Of a DNA stretch of 64,000 nucleotides, positions 9,254 to 19,333 are shown in pieces. The stretch comes from Elusimicrobiota bacterium (GTDB lineage Bacteria > CG03 > SLGR01 > JAGXOG01). Location: the NCBI GenBank assembly GCA_051745145.1, contig JBNJDT010000003.1:16221-80220 (forward strand), given 5' to 3'. The translations under genes and the position numbers were made by a program. Within the stretch, counting starts at the first letter, position 1, and every line of letters begins with the position of its first letter. Below the pieces are notes generated by a model. It saw only the letters and a list, made by a program, of their open reading frames with translations, had not been told where the DNA came from and did no database searches.

Positions 9254-11101
9254 ATGAATGATTCAAAAAATTTAAAAAATAATTTAAACCTTCTGGAAAT
9301 TTTTTGTCTGGCTACCGGAGCCATGATAAGTTCCGGACTTTTTGTACTGCCCGGACTGGCCTACGCAAAAGCCGGACCGGCCGTAATTCTCTCTTATTTT
9401 CTGGCCGCCTGTCTGGTTCTTCCGGGAATGTTAAGCCAGGCGGAGCTGGTTTCAGCCATGCCTAAAGCCGGGGGAACTTATTTTTACATAACCCGCAGTC
9501 TGGGACCGGCAGCCGGAACAATCGGTGGGATAGTGGACTGGTTTACAATATCCTTAAAAAGTTCGTTTGCCCTGGTGGGCCTGGGAGCATTTGCCCAGAT
9601 GATCATTCCCGTTAATATAAAAATTGTGAGTATCGGATTAGCAGTACTTTTTATAGCAATTAACTTTCTGGGAACAAAGTTAGCGGGTCGAACACAGGTA
9701 ATTATAGTTTTAGTACTGATAGGCCTGCTCGGTATCTTCGTAGGCAAAGGGTTCGGTACGGTAAAACCGACATATTTTTCTAATTTTGCTTCTAGCGGAT
9801 TTTCTAGCATTATTTCCACCGCCGGGTTTGTCTTTATCTCTTACGGGGGAATCCTTAAAATAACCAGCATAGCCGAAGAAACTCACAACCCGGGAGTTAA
9901 TATTCCCAAGGGAATGATTTATTCAATGATATTTGTCTCCGTCATGTATGCCCTGGTTGTTTTTGTAACTACCGGAGTACTGGACCCGGAAATTCTTAAA
10001 GAATCTCTCACTCCGGTAAATGACGCGGCGGCAGTATTTATGGGGGAACCCGGTAAGATTATTCTGGCTATTGCCGCAATTCTGGCTTTTGTTTCTACGG
10101 CCAACGCCGGTATAATGTCCGCGGCCAGGTATCCGCTGGCTTTAAGCAGAGACGGGATGCTTCCTCCTTTATTTAAAAAAATAAATTCTAAAAATATTCC
10201 CTCCAACGCCCTTTTAATTACCGGAATTGTTGTCCTTATATCTTTATTTCTTAAGCTTGATGTTTTAGTAAAGGCAGCTTCCACGGTTCTTCTGCTTTCC
10301 TTTATTTTTGCTAATTTTTCCGTTATTGTTCTCCGGGAAAGTCATATCCAGAACTATCAGCCACAATTTAAAGCCCCCTTCTACCCCTGGCTCCAGATAG
10401 CCGGGATTATAGGACTTTCCACTCTATTGTTTAAAATGGGGATATCCGCTCTTCTTACTACTGCTTTATTTTTTCTGGGCGGATTTTTAGTGTACTGGTT
10501 TTACGGAAGAGCGCAGGCCCAGCAGGAGTACGCACTCATACATCTTATAGAAAGAATCGGCGATAAAAATCTAACCGGCGGTCTTTTAGAGAATGAACTT
10601 AAAGATATAATCCGGGAAAGGGATGAAATAGTTAACGACAGATTTGACCAACTTATTGAGGACTGCGTAGTTCTCGATTACGACCGTAAAGTGTCCATGG
10701 AAAAGATGCTCCGGGAGGCATCTGAAAAACTGTCCGAAAGGATTGACCAGCCCGCTGAACAGTTATACCAAAATTTTTTAAAAAGAGAAAAAGATACATC
10801 CACGGTAATCAACTCCTTTCTGGCCATACCCCATATTGTTATAGAAGGAGAAAATATATTCGAAATTGTCGTGGCCAGAAGCAGAAAAGGCATAGAATTT
10901 AAAACAGAAAATAATACTGTTTCAGTTAAAGCTGCTTTTATTCTGGTAGGCAGCACGGACGAGAGAAATTTTCATCTGAAAACCCTTTCTGCCATATCCC
11001 AGCTGGTTCAAAATGAGGATTTTAAAAACCGGTGGATGCAAGAAGGGGATAAATCTAACATAAGAGATATAATTCTTCTCGGGGACCGCATAAGAGAATA
11101 A
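9254..11101 (+). CDS. APC-family amino acid permease fused to C-terminal PTS EIIA type-2 (PtsN-like) domain
   Basis: 12 TM APC core; C-terminal ~150 aa aligns to EIIA-Ntr ('FLKREKDTSTVINSFLAIPH' ~ 'ILTREKMGSTGIGNGIAIPH'; 'KAAFILVGSTDERNFHLKTLSAISQL' ~ 'DLLFALLVPADQTKTHLHTLSLVAKRL'). Confidence 0.75.
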   Translation: MNDSKNLKNNLNLLEIFCLATGAMISSGLFVLPGLAYAKAGPAVILSYFLAACLVLPGMLSQAELVSAMPKAGGTYFYITRSLGPAAGTIGGIVDWFTISLKSSFALVGLGAFAQMIIPVNIKIVSIGLAVLFIAINFLGTKLAGRTQVIIVLVLIGLLGIFVGKGFGTVKPTYFSNFASSGFSSIISTAGFVFISYGGILKITSIAEETHNPGVNIPKGMIYSMIFVSVMYALVVFVTTGVLDPEILKESLTPVNDAAAVFMGEPGKIILAIAAILAFVSTANAGIMSAARYPLALSRDGMLPPLFKKINSKNIPSNALLITGIVVLISLFLKLDVLVKAASTVLLLSFIFANFSVIVLRESHIQNYQPQFKAPFYPWLQIAGIIGLSTLLFKMGISALLTTALFFLGGFLVYWFYGRAQAQQEYALIHLIERIGDKNLTGGLLENELKDIIRERDEIVNDRFDQLIEDCVVLDYDRKVSMEKMLREASEKLSERIDQPAEQLYQNFLKREKDTSTVINSFLAIPHIVIEGENIFEIVVARSRKGIEFKTENNTVSVKAAFILVGSTDERNFHLKTLSAISQLVQNEDFKNRWMQEGDKSNIRDIILLGDRIRE

Positions 11102-11254
11102 TCCCGCACAATCACTTTATAAAAACAATACCGGTTCCTATTTTATAATAAAAAGAGACACCGACTTAACCTATCAAGCCTTTTGGCTTCCCTTAAATCC
11201 GTAATCACTTTATATTATAGTACAGTCAGTATGCTTAAATTCTAGAAATTTCAA

Positions 11255-13942
11255 TTATTCAATAACGTCCTGGGCAGCTGACAGACGGGCTATGGGTACT
11301 CTGTAAGGAGAACATGAGACATAATTAAGTCCTGTTCTGTGGCAGAATTTTACCGAAGAAGGTTCTCCGCCGTGCTCACCGCAGATACCTATCTTTAAGT
11401 CTTTTTTAGTGGACCGGCCTTTTTCCACAGCTATCTCCACCATTTTACCCACACCTTCCTGATCTAAGACCATAAACGGATCGCTGGGAAGAATGCCCTT
11501 ATCTACATACTCGGGAAGGAATTTTCCGGCATCGTCTCTGGACAGTCCAAAAGTCATCTGGGTCAAATCATTAGTTCCAAAAGAAAAGAATTCCGCGTTT
11601 TGGGCTATCTTATCCGCCACCAGACAGGCCCGGGGGATTTCTATCATGGTTCCCACCTTGTAGGCAACTTTCTGACCTTTTTCCCGGATAACTTTTTCGG
11701 CTTCCGTCCTTACCACTTCTTCCTGATTTTCATATTCGGTAGCCGTGGAAGTCAGGGGGATCATTATTTCCGGTTTTACATCTACCCCCTCACCGGTCAG
11801 CTCACAGGCCGCTTCCATAATAGCCCTGGTCTGCATCCTGGAAATAGATGGAAATGTTATACCCAGGCGGCAACCCCGGTGTCCGAGCATGGGATTTAAC
11901 TCATCTAAGGATTCCACTTTATCTTTTACATCTTCCTTAGAAAGCCCCAGTTTTTCGGCCAGCTTGCTTATTTCGCTGTCCGATTTGGGCAAAAATTCAT
12001 GCAGAGGGGGATCCAGCAGCCTTACAGTGACCGGAAGACCTTCCATAGCTTTAAAAATGCCTATAAAGTCCTCTTTCTGCATAGGTAAGAGTTTTTCCAG
12101 GGCTTTATCTTTTTCTTCTCCCTTATCCGAGAGTATCATCCTCTGGACCGCCGGAATTCTTTCTTCTCCGAAAAACATATGTTCGGTCCGGCACAGGCCT
12201 ATACCTTCGGCCCCGAACTCTCTTGCTTTTTTAGCGTCTTCGGGAGTATCGGCGTTGGTTCTTACTCCCATATCCCGGAACTCGTCAGCCCATTCCATAA
12301 TTTTGGCAAAATTACCTTTTAACTTCGGAGTTTTTAAATTAACCTTACCGTCTATTACCTCTCCTTTACTTCCGTCAAGGGTAATGCCGTCCCCTTCTTT
12401 GTACTTTCGATCTTTAAATTTGCAGGTCCTGCTTTTCAGATCTATAGTTAAATCTCCGCACCCGGCAACACAGGGACTGCCCATCCCCCTGGCAACTACA
12501 GCGGCATGGGAAGTCATTCCACCCTTGGCGGTTAAAATACCTTCGGAAACACTCATACCTCCGATATCTTCGGGGGAAGTTTCGTTCCGTACCAGAATAA
12601 CTTTTTCGCCATCTTCGGCTTTGGCTTCTGCATCGTCGGAGTCAAAAACTATCTTTCCCACAGCGGCACCCGGAGATGCGGGTAAACCCTTACCTATGAC
12701 ATCCACCTGGGCTTCCGGATCAATCTGGGGATGTAAGAGTTCATCCAGTTTCTTGGGCTCTACCCTCAATACAGCTGTCTTTTTATCTATAAGCCCTTCA
12801 TCAACCATATCCACGGCTATTTTTACCGCGGCCGTTCCCGTACGTTTACCGGTTCTGGTCTGCAGAAGATAAAGTTTTCCTTTTTCTATGGTAAACTCCA
12901 GATCCTGTACGTCCTTGTAGTGCGCTTCCAGTTTCTTCCTTATTTTAAGAAGTTCCTCAAAAACTTCGGGCATAGTTTCTTCAAGAGAAGCATACTCGTT
13001 TTTTCGCTCTTCTTCGCTAATATCTTTAGCTTCGGCCCATTCCCGGGAATCTTTTACCGTAAGATAATGAGGGGTCCTTATCCCGGCTACTACATCTTCC
13101 CCCTGGGCGTTGGTAAGATATTCTCCGTAAAACTCATCTTCACCGGTGGAAGGATTCCGGGTAAAAGCTACGCCGGTGGCCGACTCATTTCCGGTATTTC
13201 CAAAAACCATGGCCTGTACATTTACGGCTGTCCCCAAAAGTCCGGTTATATCATTTAATTTTCTATATTTAATAGCCCGGGGATTATTCCAGGAACCAAA
13301 AACCGCATCAATAGATTTTTTTAACTGACCTTTGGGATCGTCGGGAAATTTTTCTCCGGTCTCTTTCTCGTAAACCTTTTTAAAGACATCCACCAGTTCT
13401 TTTAAATCATCCGCGGTAAGATCCGTATCTTTTTGAACCCCGCGGTCCTTTTTCATTTTACTTATCTCTTCTTCAAATTTTTCGCCGTCAATTCCCATTA
13501 CCACATTACCGAACATCTGGATAAATCTTCTATAAGAATCCCATCCGAACCGGGGATTATCACTCATATTTATAAGTCCCTGAACCGAATCGGGATTAAG
13601 CCCTAAATTTAAAACCGTATCCATCATCCCGGGCATAGACTGAGCCGCTCCGCTTCTTACGGATACAAGGAGGGGGTCGTCTGTATCTCCTAATTTTTTA
13701 CCCATCTTCTCTTCCAAACGGGCTAAGTTTTCATCTATTTTTTCATCAAGTCCTTCAGGATATCTGTCTTCTTCGGAATACATTTTGCAAACTTTGGTAG
13801 TTATAGTAAACCCCGGAGGCACGGGCAGTCCGATACTGGACATCTCAGCAAGATTCGCTCCCTTTCCGCCTAAAATCTCTTTTAAATCCTGCGAGCCTTC
13901 CGATTCACCTTTTCCAAAAAAATAGATATGTTTTTCAGACAT
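11255..13942 (-). CDS. ppdK: Pyruvate, phosphate dikinase
   Basis: ~895 aa; N-terminal 'GGKGANLAEM', central phosphohistidine domain 'GGMTSHAAVVARGMG', C-terminal PEP-utilising TIM barrel; alternative start at 13978. Confidence 0.9.
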   Translation of the reverse strand: MSEKHIYFFGKGESEGSQDLKEILGGKGANLAEMSSIGLPVPPGFTITTKVCKMYSEEDRYPEGLDEKIDENLARLEEKMGKKLGDTDDPLLVSVRSGAAQSMPGMMDTVLNLGLNPDSVQGLINMSDNPRFGWDSYRRFIQMFGNVVMGIDGEKFEEEISKMKKDRGVQKDTDLTADDLKELVDVFKKVYEKETGEKFPDDPKGQLKKSIDAVFGSWNNPRAIKYRKLNDITGLLGTAVNVQAMVFGNTGNESATGVAFTRNPSTGEDEFYGEYLTNAQGEDVVAGIRTPHYLTVKDSREWAEAKDISEEERKNEYASLEETMPEVFEELLKIRKKLEAHYKDVQDLEFTIEKGKLYLLQTRTGKRTGTAAVKIAVDMVDEGLIDKKTAVLRVEPKKLDELLHPQIDPEAQVDVIGKGLPASPGAAVGKIVFDSDDAEAKAEDGEKVILVRNETSPEDIGGMSVSEGILTAKGGMTSHAAVVARGMGSPCVAGCGDLTIDLKSRTCKFKDRKYKEGDGITLDGSKGEVIDGKVNLKTPKLKGNFAKIMEWADEFRDMGVRTNADTPEDAKKAREFGAEGIGLCRTEHMFFGEERIPAVQRMILSDKGEEKDKALEKLLPMQKEDFIGIFKAMEGLPVTVRLLDPPLHEFLPKSDSEISKLAEKLGLSKEDVKDKVESLDELNPMLGHRGCRLGITFPSISRMQTRAIMEAACELTGEGVDVKPEIMIPLTSTATEYENQEEVVRTEAEKVIREKGQKVAYKVGTMIEIPRACLVADKIAQNAEFFSFGTNDLTQMTFGLSRDDAGKFLPEYVDKGILPSDPFMVLDQEGVGKMVEIAVEKGRSTKKDLKIGICGEHGGEPSSVKFCHRTGLNYVSCSPYRVPIARLSAAQDVIE

Positions 13943-14026
13943 TAAATTCTCCTTAATATTTTCATTCCTCTTGTTCAACCTGCCCTCCCCTATTTTTAAT
14001 TTATTTATTCTTTTAAGTATGTCAAA

Positions 14027-14284
14027 TTATTCTAAAATGCTGTTAAATTCTGATTTTTTAACTCCGTTAATCTGAACTACTTTCCGGGAGTTTTTTTTGC
14101 CTTTTTTTATCCTAATAGACTTTTTAGAAATATCCAGCAGCTGGGCTAAATATTCAATCAATTGCCGGTTGGCTTTTCCGCCGGAGGGGGGAGCCGTTAA
14201 ATTTATTTTAATTTCTCCGTTATCCATCCGGGTAATAGCCTGACGCGAAGACGAGGGCTGTACCTTTGTATGAACTAACAGCAT
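14027..14284 (-). CDS. DUF167 (YggU) family protein
   Basis: 85 aa; 'INLTAPPSGGKANRQLIEYLAQLLDISKKSIRIKKGKKNSRKVV' matches YggU pattern. Confidence 0.6.
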   Translation of the reverse strand: MLLVHTKVQPSSSRQAITRMDNGEIKINLTAPPSGGKANRQLIEYLAQLLDISKKSIRIKKGKKNSRKVVQINGVKKSEFNSILE

Positions 14285-16381
14285 CTACTCCACTTCCAGC
14301 TTTGTAATATCTCCCACCGGAGCAAAAATTTCTTTAATATTTTTTAGCATGGCCAGCCTGTTCTTACACCTTTTAATATCATCGGACATAACCATAACTT
14401 CTTCAAAATACTTATCGATATCCTTCCTCAGAGATATAAGCAGCTCTAAAACTCCCCTGTAGTTTCTATTATCTATACTCTTCTCAATGTCTCTTGTAAT
14501 TCTGGAATATTTTTTGTCCAGTTTTTTTTCAGTCTGTTCGATCAGTCTCCGGCGATCATATTTATCTGGAATACCAATATTCTTTTTCCGGGCCTGCTTT
14601 AGTATATTGTTAATCCGTTTAAAAGCTGTAATTAAAGAATCAAAATCTTTTTCGGTTTTTATATAGTCTACAGCCCGGGCCATCTTTTCTAACTGTACCG
14701 GGTTGTTTTCGTTAGATTCCATAACGCAGCGCACTATATCGTACTTAAAATTTTCTTTTAAATGCTGGCGAATCTGTAAAGTTAAAAAATCTTCTAAATT
14801 TTTCTTGCCGGAGTTGCCAAACTCAATATTCTGTTCTGCATATAAATCCAGACTTTTTTCTATTGTATCTTTAAAATTAATATCCCACTTTTTCCGGGAT
14901 AATATTTTTAAAAGACCTTTTCCGATACGCCGCAGCCCGAATGGGTCCTCGGAACCGGTGGCTTTCAACCCTTTGCCCAAATTACCGCATAAAGTATCTA
15001 TTCTGTCGGCTACCCCCACTACCGCGGCAACATCCGTTCCGGGGATATCGTCTTCTCCTGTACGGGGCATATAGTGCTGATAAATCCCCTGGGCCACTTT
15101 TTTGGATTCTCCGTCTAATTCAGCATAAATTCTACCAATTATACCCTCCAGTTCAGGGAACTCTTCTACCGTTAATGTAGTAAGATCGGCCTTGCCCAGC
15201 AGAGAAATTTTCTTAACCTGTTTTTTAAATTTTTTTCCTTTATTTAAAGCGTCGGCTATATATTCAGATAAGTTTTTTACTCTATTAACTTTGTGATACA
15301 GCGTCCCCAGATCCCTGGTAAAATCCACCCCTTTCAGTTTTTCAACGTGCTCCTTAAGAGACAGCCGGCGATCTTTATTAAAAAAGAATTCCGCATCCTT
15401 TAACCGGGCGATAAGTACTTTCTCATATCCCCTGCGGATCGGTTCTAAATATTCAGAGATGCCATCCCTAACCCCTACAAAATAGTTCATCAGCTTCCCC
15501 TGTTTATTCTCAACCGGAAAAAATTTTTGATGGTACACAAGACAGGCCTCTATTATTTCTCTGGGCATATCCAAATACTTTTTTGGGAATTTCCCTTTAA
15601 CTCCGGTTGGATATTCCACGGAATTATTTATTTCATCCAAAAGTTCTTCCCTCTCGACAGGATAGCCGGTAGTATATTTTAAAGGCCTGTTAATAGCCTG
15701 AAGCAGAGTTTCCCGGCGTTCGTTAGGGTCCACAATAACATAATTTCTTCTCAATTTTTTTCTATAATTTTCTATATCTTCAATAACAATTTTGCGGTCG
15801 GAAAACAAATAATGCCCCCGGGAACTGCGACCTGCTTTTAAATTACCTATTTTAAACCGTACTGCCTTACTTCCCAGCTTAACTATTATCCATCTTACCG
15901 GCCGGGGAAATTTAAAGTCCGATCCCGGCCATCTCATGTTCGCCGGAAATTCAAGACTTTTTAAAAATTTTTCTGTCAATTCCGGCAGAAGTTTTCTCAC
16001 GGCCTTTCCCGGATATTTTTTCACGCAGAAAAGGTATTTTCCCCGGGCTGTATCCTCAGAAATTAAATCATCAAAATCCACATCCATATTTTGGGCAAAC
16101 CCCAGTGCCGCCCGGGTCGGTTCCCCGTCTTTTATACCTATATCATACGGAGGCCCCTTAATTTTCTCCACCTTAGAATTTTGATGGGAGGTAATTTGAT
16201 TTACCTTTACAGCTAATCGTCTCACCGAAGAATAAACTTCTATACTGCTGTATTCCTCAATTCTGTACTCTTTGAAAATATTTTTAAGTTTCTCTTCGGC
16301 GATTTTCTGGAATAATTTTACTACCCCCGGAGGTAAAGTTTCACAACCTATTTCTATTAAAAAATTATATTTTTTACTCAT
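14285..16381 (-). CDS. glyS: Glycyl-tRNA synthetase beta subunit
   Basis: 698 aa; N-terminal 'LLIEIGCEELPP'-like motif; overlaps glyQ by 8 nt (operon). Confidence 0.9.
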   Translation of the reverse strand: MSKKYNFLIEIGCETLPPGVVKLFQKIAEEKLKNIFKEYRIEEYSSIEVYSSVRRLAVKVNQITSHQNSKVEKIKGPPYDIGIKDGEPTRAALGFAQNMDVDFDDLISEDTARGKYLFCVKKYPGKAVRKLLPELTEKFLKSLEFPANMRWPGSDFKFPRPVRWIIVKLGSKAVRFKIGNLKAGRSSRGHYLFSDRKIVIEDIENYRKKLRRNYVIVDPNERRETLLQAINRPLKYTTGYPVEREELLDEINNSVEYPTGVKGKFPKKYLDMPREIIEACLVYHQKFFPVENKQGKLMNYFVGVRDGISEYLEPIRRGYEKVLIARLKDAEFFFNKDRRLSLKEHVEKLKGVDFTRDLGTLYHKVNRVKNLSEYIADALNKGKKFKKQVKKISLLGKADLTTLTVEEFPELEGIIGRIYAELDGESKKVAQGIYQHYMPRTGEDDIPGTDVAAVVGVADRIDTLCGNLGKGLKATGSEDPFGLRRIGKGLLKILSRKKWDINFKDTIEKSLDLYAEQNIEFGNSGKKNLEDFLTLQIRQHLKENFKYDIVRCVMESNENNPVQLEKMARAVDYIKTEKDFDSLITAFKRINNILKQARKKNIGIPDKYDRRRLIEQTEKKLDKKYSRITRDIEKSIDNRNYRGVLELLISLRKDIDKYFEEVMVMSDDIKRCKNRLAMLKNIKEIFAPVGDITKLEVE

Positions 16382-17219
16382 CGCTATCTTTCATAAATTC
16401 TTTTGCAACTGATTTGGCCATTTTCCTGACTCTTTCTATATACCTGTTTCTCTGGGATACGCTCAACACCCCCCGGGCATCAAGCAGATTAAAACTGTGG
16501 GAGGCCTTCAATACAAAATCATAGGCCGGACGGGGAAGTCCTTTTTTTACCATATCCCGGCATCTTTGTTCGTAACTTTTAAAAAAATTCTTTTGTATTT
16601 CGGGGTCCACTTCTTCAAAATTATATCTGGAAAACTCTACTTCATCCCGGTGGTGGATATCTCCGTACGTATAATCTTCATTCCACTGAATATCATAGAC
16701 ACTGTCCACATCCTGGAGGAACATGGCTATTCTCTCCAGACCGTAAGTCAATTCCACGGGAATTTGTTTTAGATCAATTCCGCCCACCTGCTGAAAATAG
16801 GTAAACTGGGTTATCTCCAGACCGTCCAGCCAGACTTCCCAGCCCAGCCCCCACGCCCCCAGGGTCGGGGATTTCCAGTCGTCTTTAATAAGACGGTAGT
16901 CGTGTTCTTTTAATTTTATATTTAAATGCTTTAAACTTCCCCGGTATAATTCCTGCACATTATCGGGAGAGGGTTTTAAAATAACCTGGTACTGGTAATA
17001 ATGCTGAAGCCGGTTGGGATTGTCTCCGTACCTCCCGTCAGTGGGCCTGCGCACAGGCTCGACGTAAGCTACGGATACGGGTCGGTCCATGAGAGAATAT
17101 AAAAACGTGGCCGGGTTAAACGTTCCCGCTCCAACTTCTATATCATATGGCTGGGTAAGAATACAGCCATTATCCGCCCAGTAGTCTTCCAGTCTTTTAA
17201 TTAATGTTTGAAAATACAT
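16374..17219 (-). CDS. glyQ: Glycyl-tRNA synthetase alpha subunit
   Basis: 281 aa; '[17 protein letters not shown]...[14 protein letters not shown]' highly conserved GlyQ. Confidence 0.92.
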   Translation of the reverse strand: MYFQTLIKRLEDYWADNGCILTQPYDIEVGAGTFNPATFLYSLMDRPVSVAYVEPVRRPTDGRYGDNPNRLQHYYQYQVILKPSPDNVQELYRGSLKHLNIKLKEHDYRLIKDDWKSPTLGAWGLGWEVWLDGLEITQFTYFQQVGGIDLKQIPVELTYGLERIAMFLQDVDSVYDIQWNEDYTYGDIHHRDEVEFSRYNFEEVDPEIQKNFFKSYEQRCRDMVKKGLPRPAYDFVLKASHSFNLLDARGVLSVSQRNRYIERVRKMAKSVAKEFMKDSDE

Positions 17220-17224
17220 TCTTT

Positions 17225-17977
17225 TTATTTCTTCTCGCTCAACTCCTCTTTATTTCTAAAAAATTCAATAAATTTAACGGAATTTAATTCCTTTCCGAAT
17301 TGGTATTTTACAAATTTATGTATGATATTTCCAATTTCTCTTTCTATTCGGGGGGGGATTTCTCTATCCGGACTCAACCTTTTTATTACCTTAAGAGTTT
17401 TATATTTTACCGGGATAAAAGGCTTTTTCCGGGAAAAACAATCCCGGCAGCTAATTCCTCCCTCGGAAGGGATAAATGCCATTCCCCCGCCGGTCGGGGC
17501 TCCGCAGAAAACACAGCTGAACATATTCAACCGGTAGCCGGAGTATTTAAGCAGTTTAAATAAAAACAGCCAGGCCGACGGAGCTGCTTTTTTCTCCCGG
17601 ACATACTTAATATATTTTTTAAGTAAATGATAAATTTTTCTGTCAGGGTCCTCTTCGGCAGTCAGCAGATTCACCCCTTCCACCATAACTGCTCCGAAAC
17701 CGTAGCGTTTCATATCTTCCCTTATTTTTTTATTAGATTCTATGGGATAACAACCCGTTATGGTAAAAAGTTCCGACCCGGGTTTTCTGTAAAGCAGAAA
17801 TTCGTTTTCCGAAAAAGGCTCCAGCTTTGAACCAAAGCGCGACTTTGTCTTTCTGGATCCCTTGGCCACTGCTTTTACTTTTCCGGAATTTTTTGTAAAT
17901 ATTACCATAATACGGTGGCCCTCTCCATAGTCATAACTTCTAAGTACTATGCCTGTATCCCGGCAGTTATAATACAT
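17225..17977 (-). CDS. recO: DNA repair protein RecO
   Basis: 250 aa; N-terminal OB fold '[15 protein letters not shown]', C-terminal Zn-finger CxxC...CxxC. Confidence 0.8.
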   Translation of the reverse strand: MYYNCRDTGIVLRSYDYGEGHRIMVIFTKNSGKVKAVAKGSRKTKSRFGSKLEPFSENEFLLYRKPGSELFTITGCYPIESNKKIREDMKRYGFGAVMVEGVNLLTAEEDPDRKIYHLLKKYIKYVREKKAAPSAWLFLFKLLKYSGYRLNMFSCVFCGAPTGGGMAFIPSEGGISCRDCFSRKKPFIPVKYKTLKVIKRLSPDREIPPRIEREIGNIIHKFVKYQFGKELNSVKFIEFFRNKEELSEKK

Positions 17978-17983
17978 ATAATA

Positions 17984-19333
17984 TTAGAGAACAATCCACA
18001 GAGCCAGCAGAAAGTAAATACCCAGTCCCAGAACATCTATTGCAGTAGTGATAAGCGGGCCGGTGGCTACAGCCGGATCCATATTTTTTTTATAAAAGAT
18101 AACCGGCAGGAAAGCTCCCATACAGGTAGAAAGCGCTAAAGCAGCGGCAATTCCCAGACCGCTGGCCAGCCCTATATCCAAAGTATACTGCCAGGAAGCG
18201 TACAGCCATAAAAGTAACCCGAATCCCACGCTCATAATGATGCCCGACCTGAGTTCTCCGGCCACCGAATTACGCCAGCTCTTTTTATTCTTTTCAAGAG
18301 CAAGTCTTCTTACCACCACTGTAGAAGATTGAACGCCGACATTCCCTCCCATATCCATTATAATGGGAATAAAGACCGCAAGAGCGGCAACTTTTTCCAG
18401 AGTCCCTTCAAAAATACCTATTATAATAGCCGCGGTCACTCCCCCGGCAAAAGAAGTCATCAGCCAGGGTCCCCGGGTACGGACAGCTTTACCTATATTA
18501 CCCGGCTGATAATCTATCTCATCCATCCCCGCGTGCAGGGCCATATCCTCGCTGGCCTCCTGCTGAATTACATCTACTATATCATCTATGGTAATTACCC
18601 CCACAAGTTTATTGTTCTCATCGGCTACCGGTACCGAGAGTAGATCGTAATGGGCAAAAAGATGGGCTACCTGCTCCTGGTCGTCATGAACGTTAACTTT
18701 TATCCGGTCCACGGGCCGGGCAAGTTCTTTAAGTTTCACATCCGGTCGGGAAGTTATAAGTCTTTGAAGGGATATGCCTGCTTCCAGCCGGCCGGTTTCA
18801 TCTACGGTGTAGACTGCGTATATATTACTATTGCGGGCTTTCTTATTTTTGGATTTTTTCTGGAGGGTTATAAGAGCCCGCCGGGCGGTAATTTCACCAT
18901 TTAAAGCAATGAATTCCGTGGTCATCCGCCCCCCGGCGGTTTCCTCACCGTATTCTAAGAGCTCTTTTACATCGTCGGCTTCTTCTTTTCTTAAAAATCC
19001 CAGCAGTTCCCTGGCCCGGCTCCGGGAAATGCCGGCAAATAAATCAGCCCGGTTATCCGGCTCCATCTCATTTAATACTTCTCCGATTACCTCTTTTTCC
19101 AGACTGTTTACAAGCTCTTTTTGAATATCCCGACTCAGATCCTCTAAAACTTTAACTTTATTTTCAAAGGAGAGTAATTTAAAGGTCCGTACCCGTTCTT
19201 TTTCCTCCAGGAATTCAAATATAGCGGCAATATCCACATGCTTAATACGGGTAAGAATTTCTTTGACTTTACGGTTATTTTCAGAACGTATGGCCGTTTT
19301 TAATTTCTCTACGATTTCTGCTTTAATATTCAT
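17984..19333 (-). CDS. mgtE: Magnesium transporter MgtE (paralog 1)
   Basis: MgtE_N, CBS pair ('DLLSVPVADENNKLVGVITIDDIVDVI'), 5-TM C-terminal domain. Confidence 0.9.
   Translation of the reverse strand: MNIKAEIVEKLKTAIRSENNRKVKEILTRIKHVDIAAIFEFLEEKERVRTFKLLSFENKVKVLEDLSRDIQKELVNSLEKEVIGEVLNEMEPDNRADLFAGISRSRARELLGFLRKEEADDVKELLEYGEETAGGRMTTEFIALNGEITARRALITLQKKSKNKKARNSNIYAVYTVDETGRLEAGISLQRLITSRPDVKLKELARPVDRIKVNVHDDQEQVAHLFAHYDLLSVPVADENNKLVGVITIDDIVDVIQQEASEDMALHAGMDEIDYQPGNIGKAVRTRGPWLMTSFAGGVTAAIIIGIFEGTLEKVAALAVFIPIIMDMGGNVGVQSSTVVVRRLALEKNKKSWRNSVAGELRSGIIMSVGFGLLLWLYASWQYTLDIGLASGLGIAAALALSTCMGAFLPVIFYKKNMDPAVATGPLITTAIDVLGLGIYFLLALWIVL

Noticed and set aside
11102-11254. Possible tRNA or other RNA gene in the 153-nt convergent gap
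   Set aside because: No T-loop (GGTTCGAATCC-like) or acceptor/anticodon stem arrangement could be found by eye. A similar manual check of the other gaps over 100 nt (20692..20856, 24588..24736, 29087..29214, 51436..51627, 58377..58529) was negative.
11745-12872. 375-aa ORF on the + strand
   Set aside because: It lies entirely antisense within ppdK. The Ser/Pro/Ala-rich low-complexity translation is typical of a shadow ORF opposite a strongly conserved gene.
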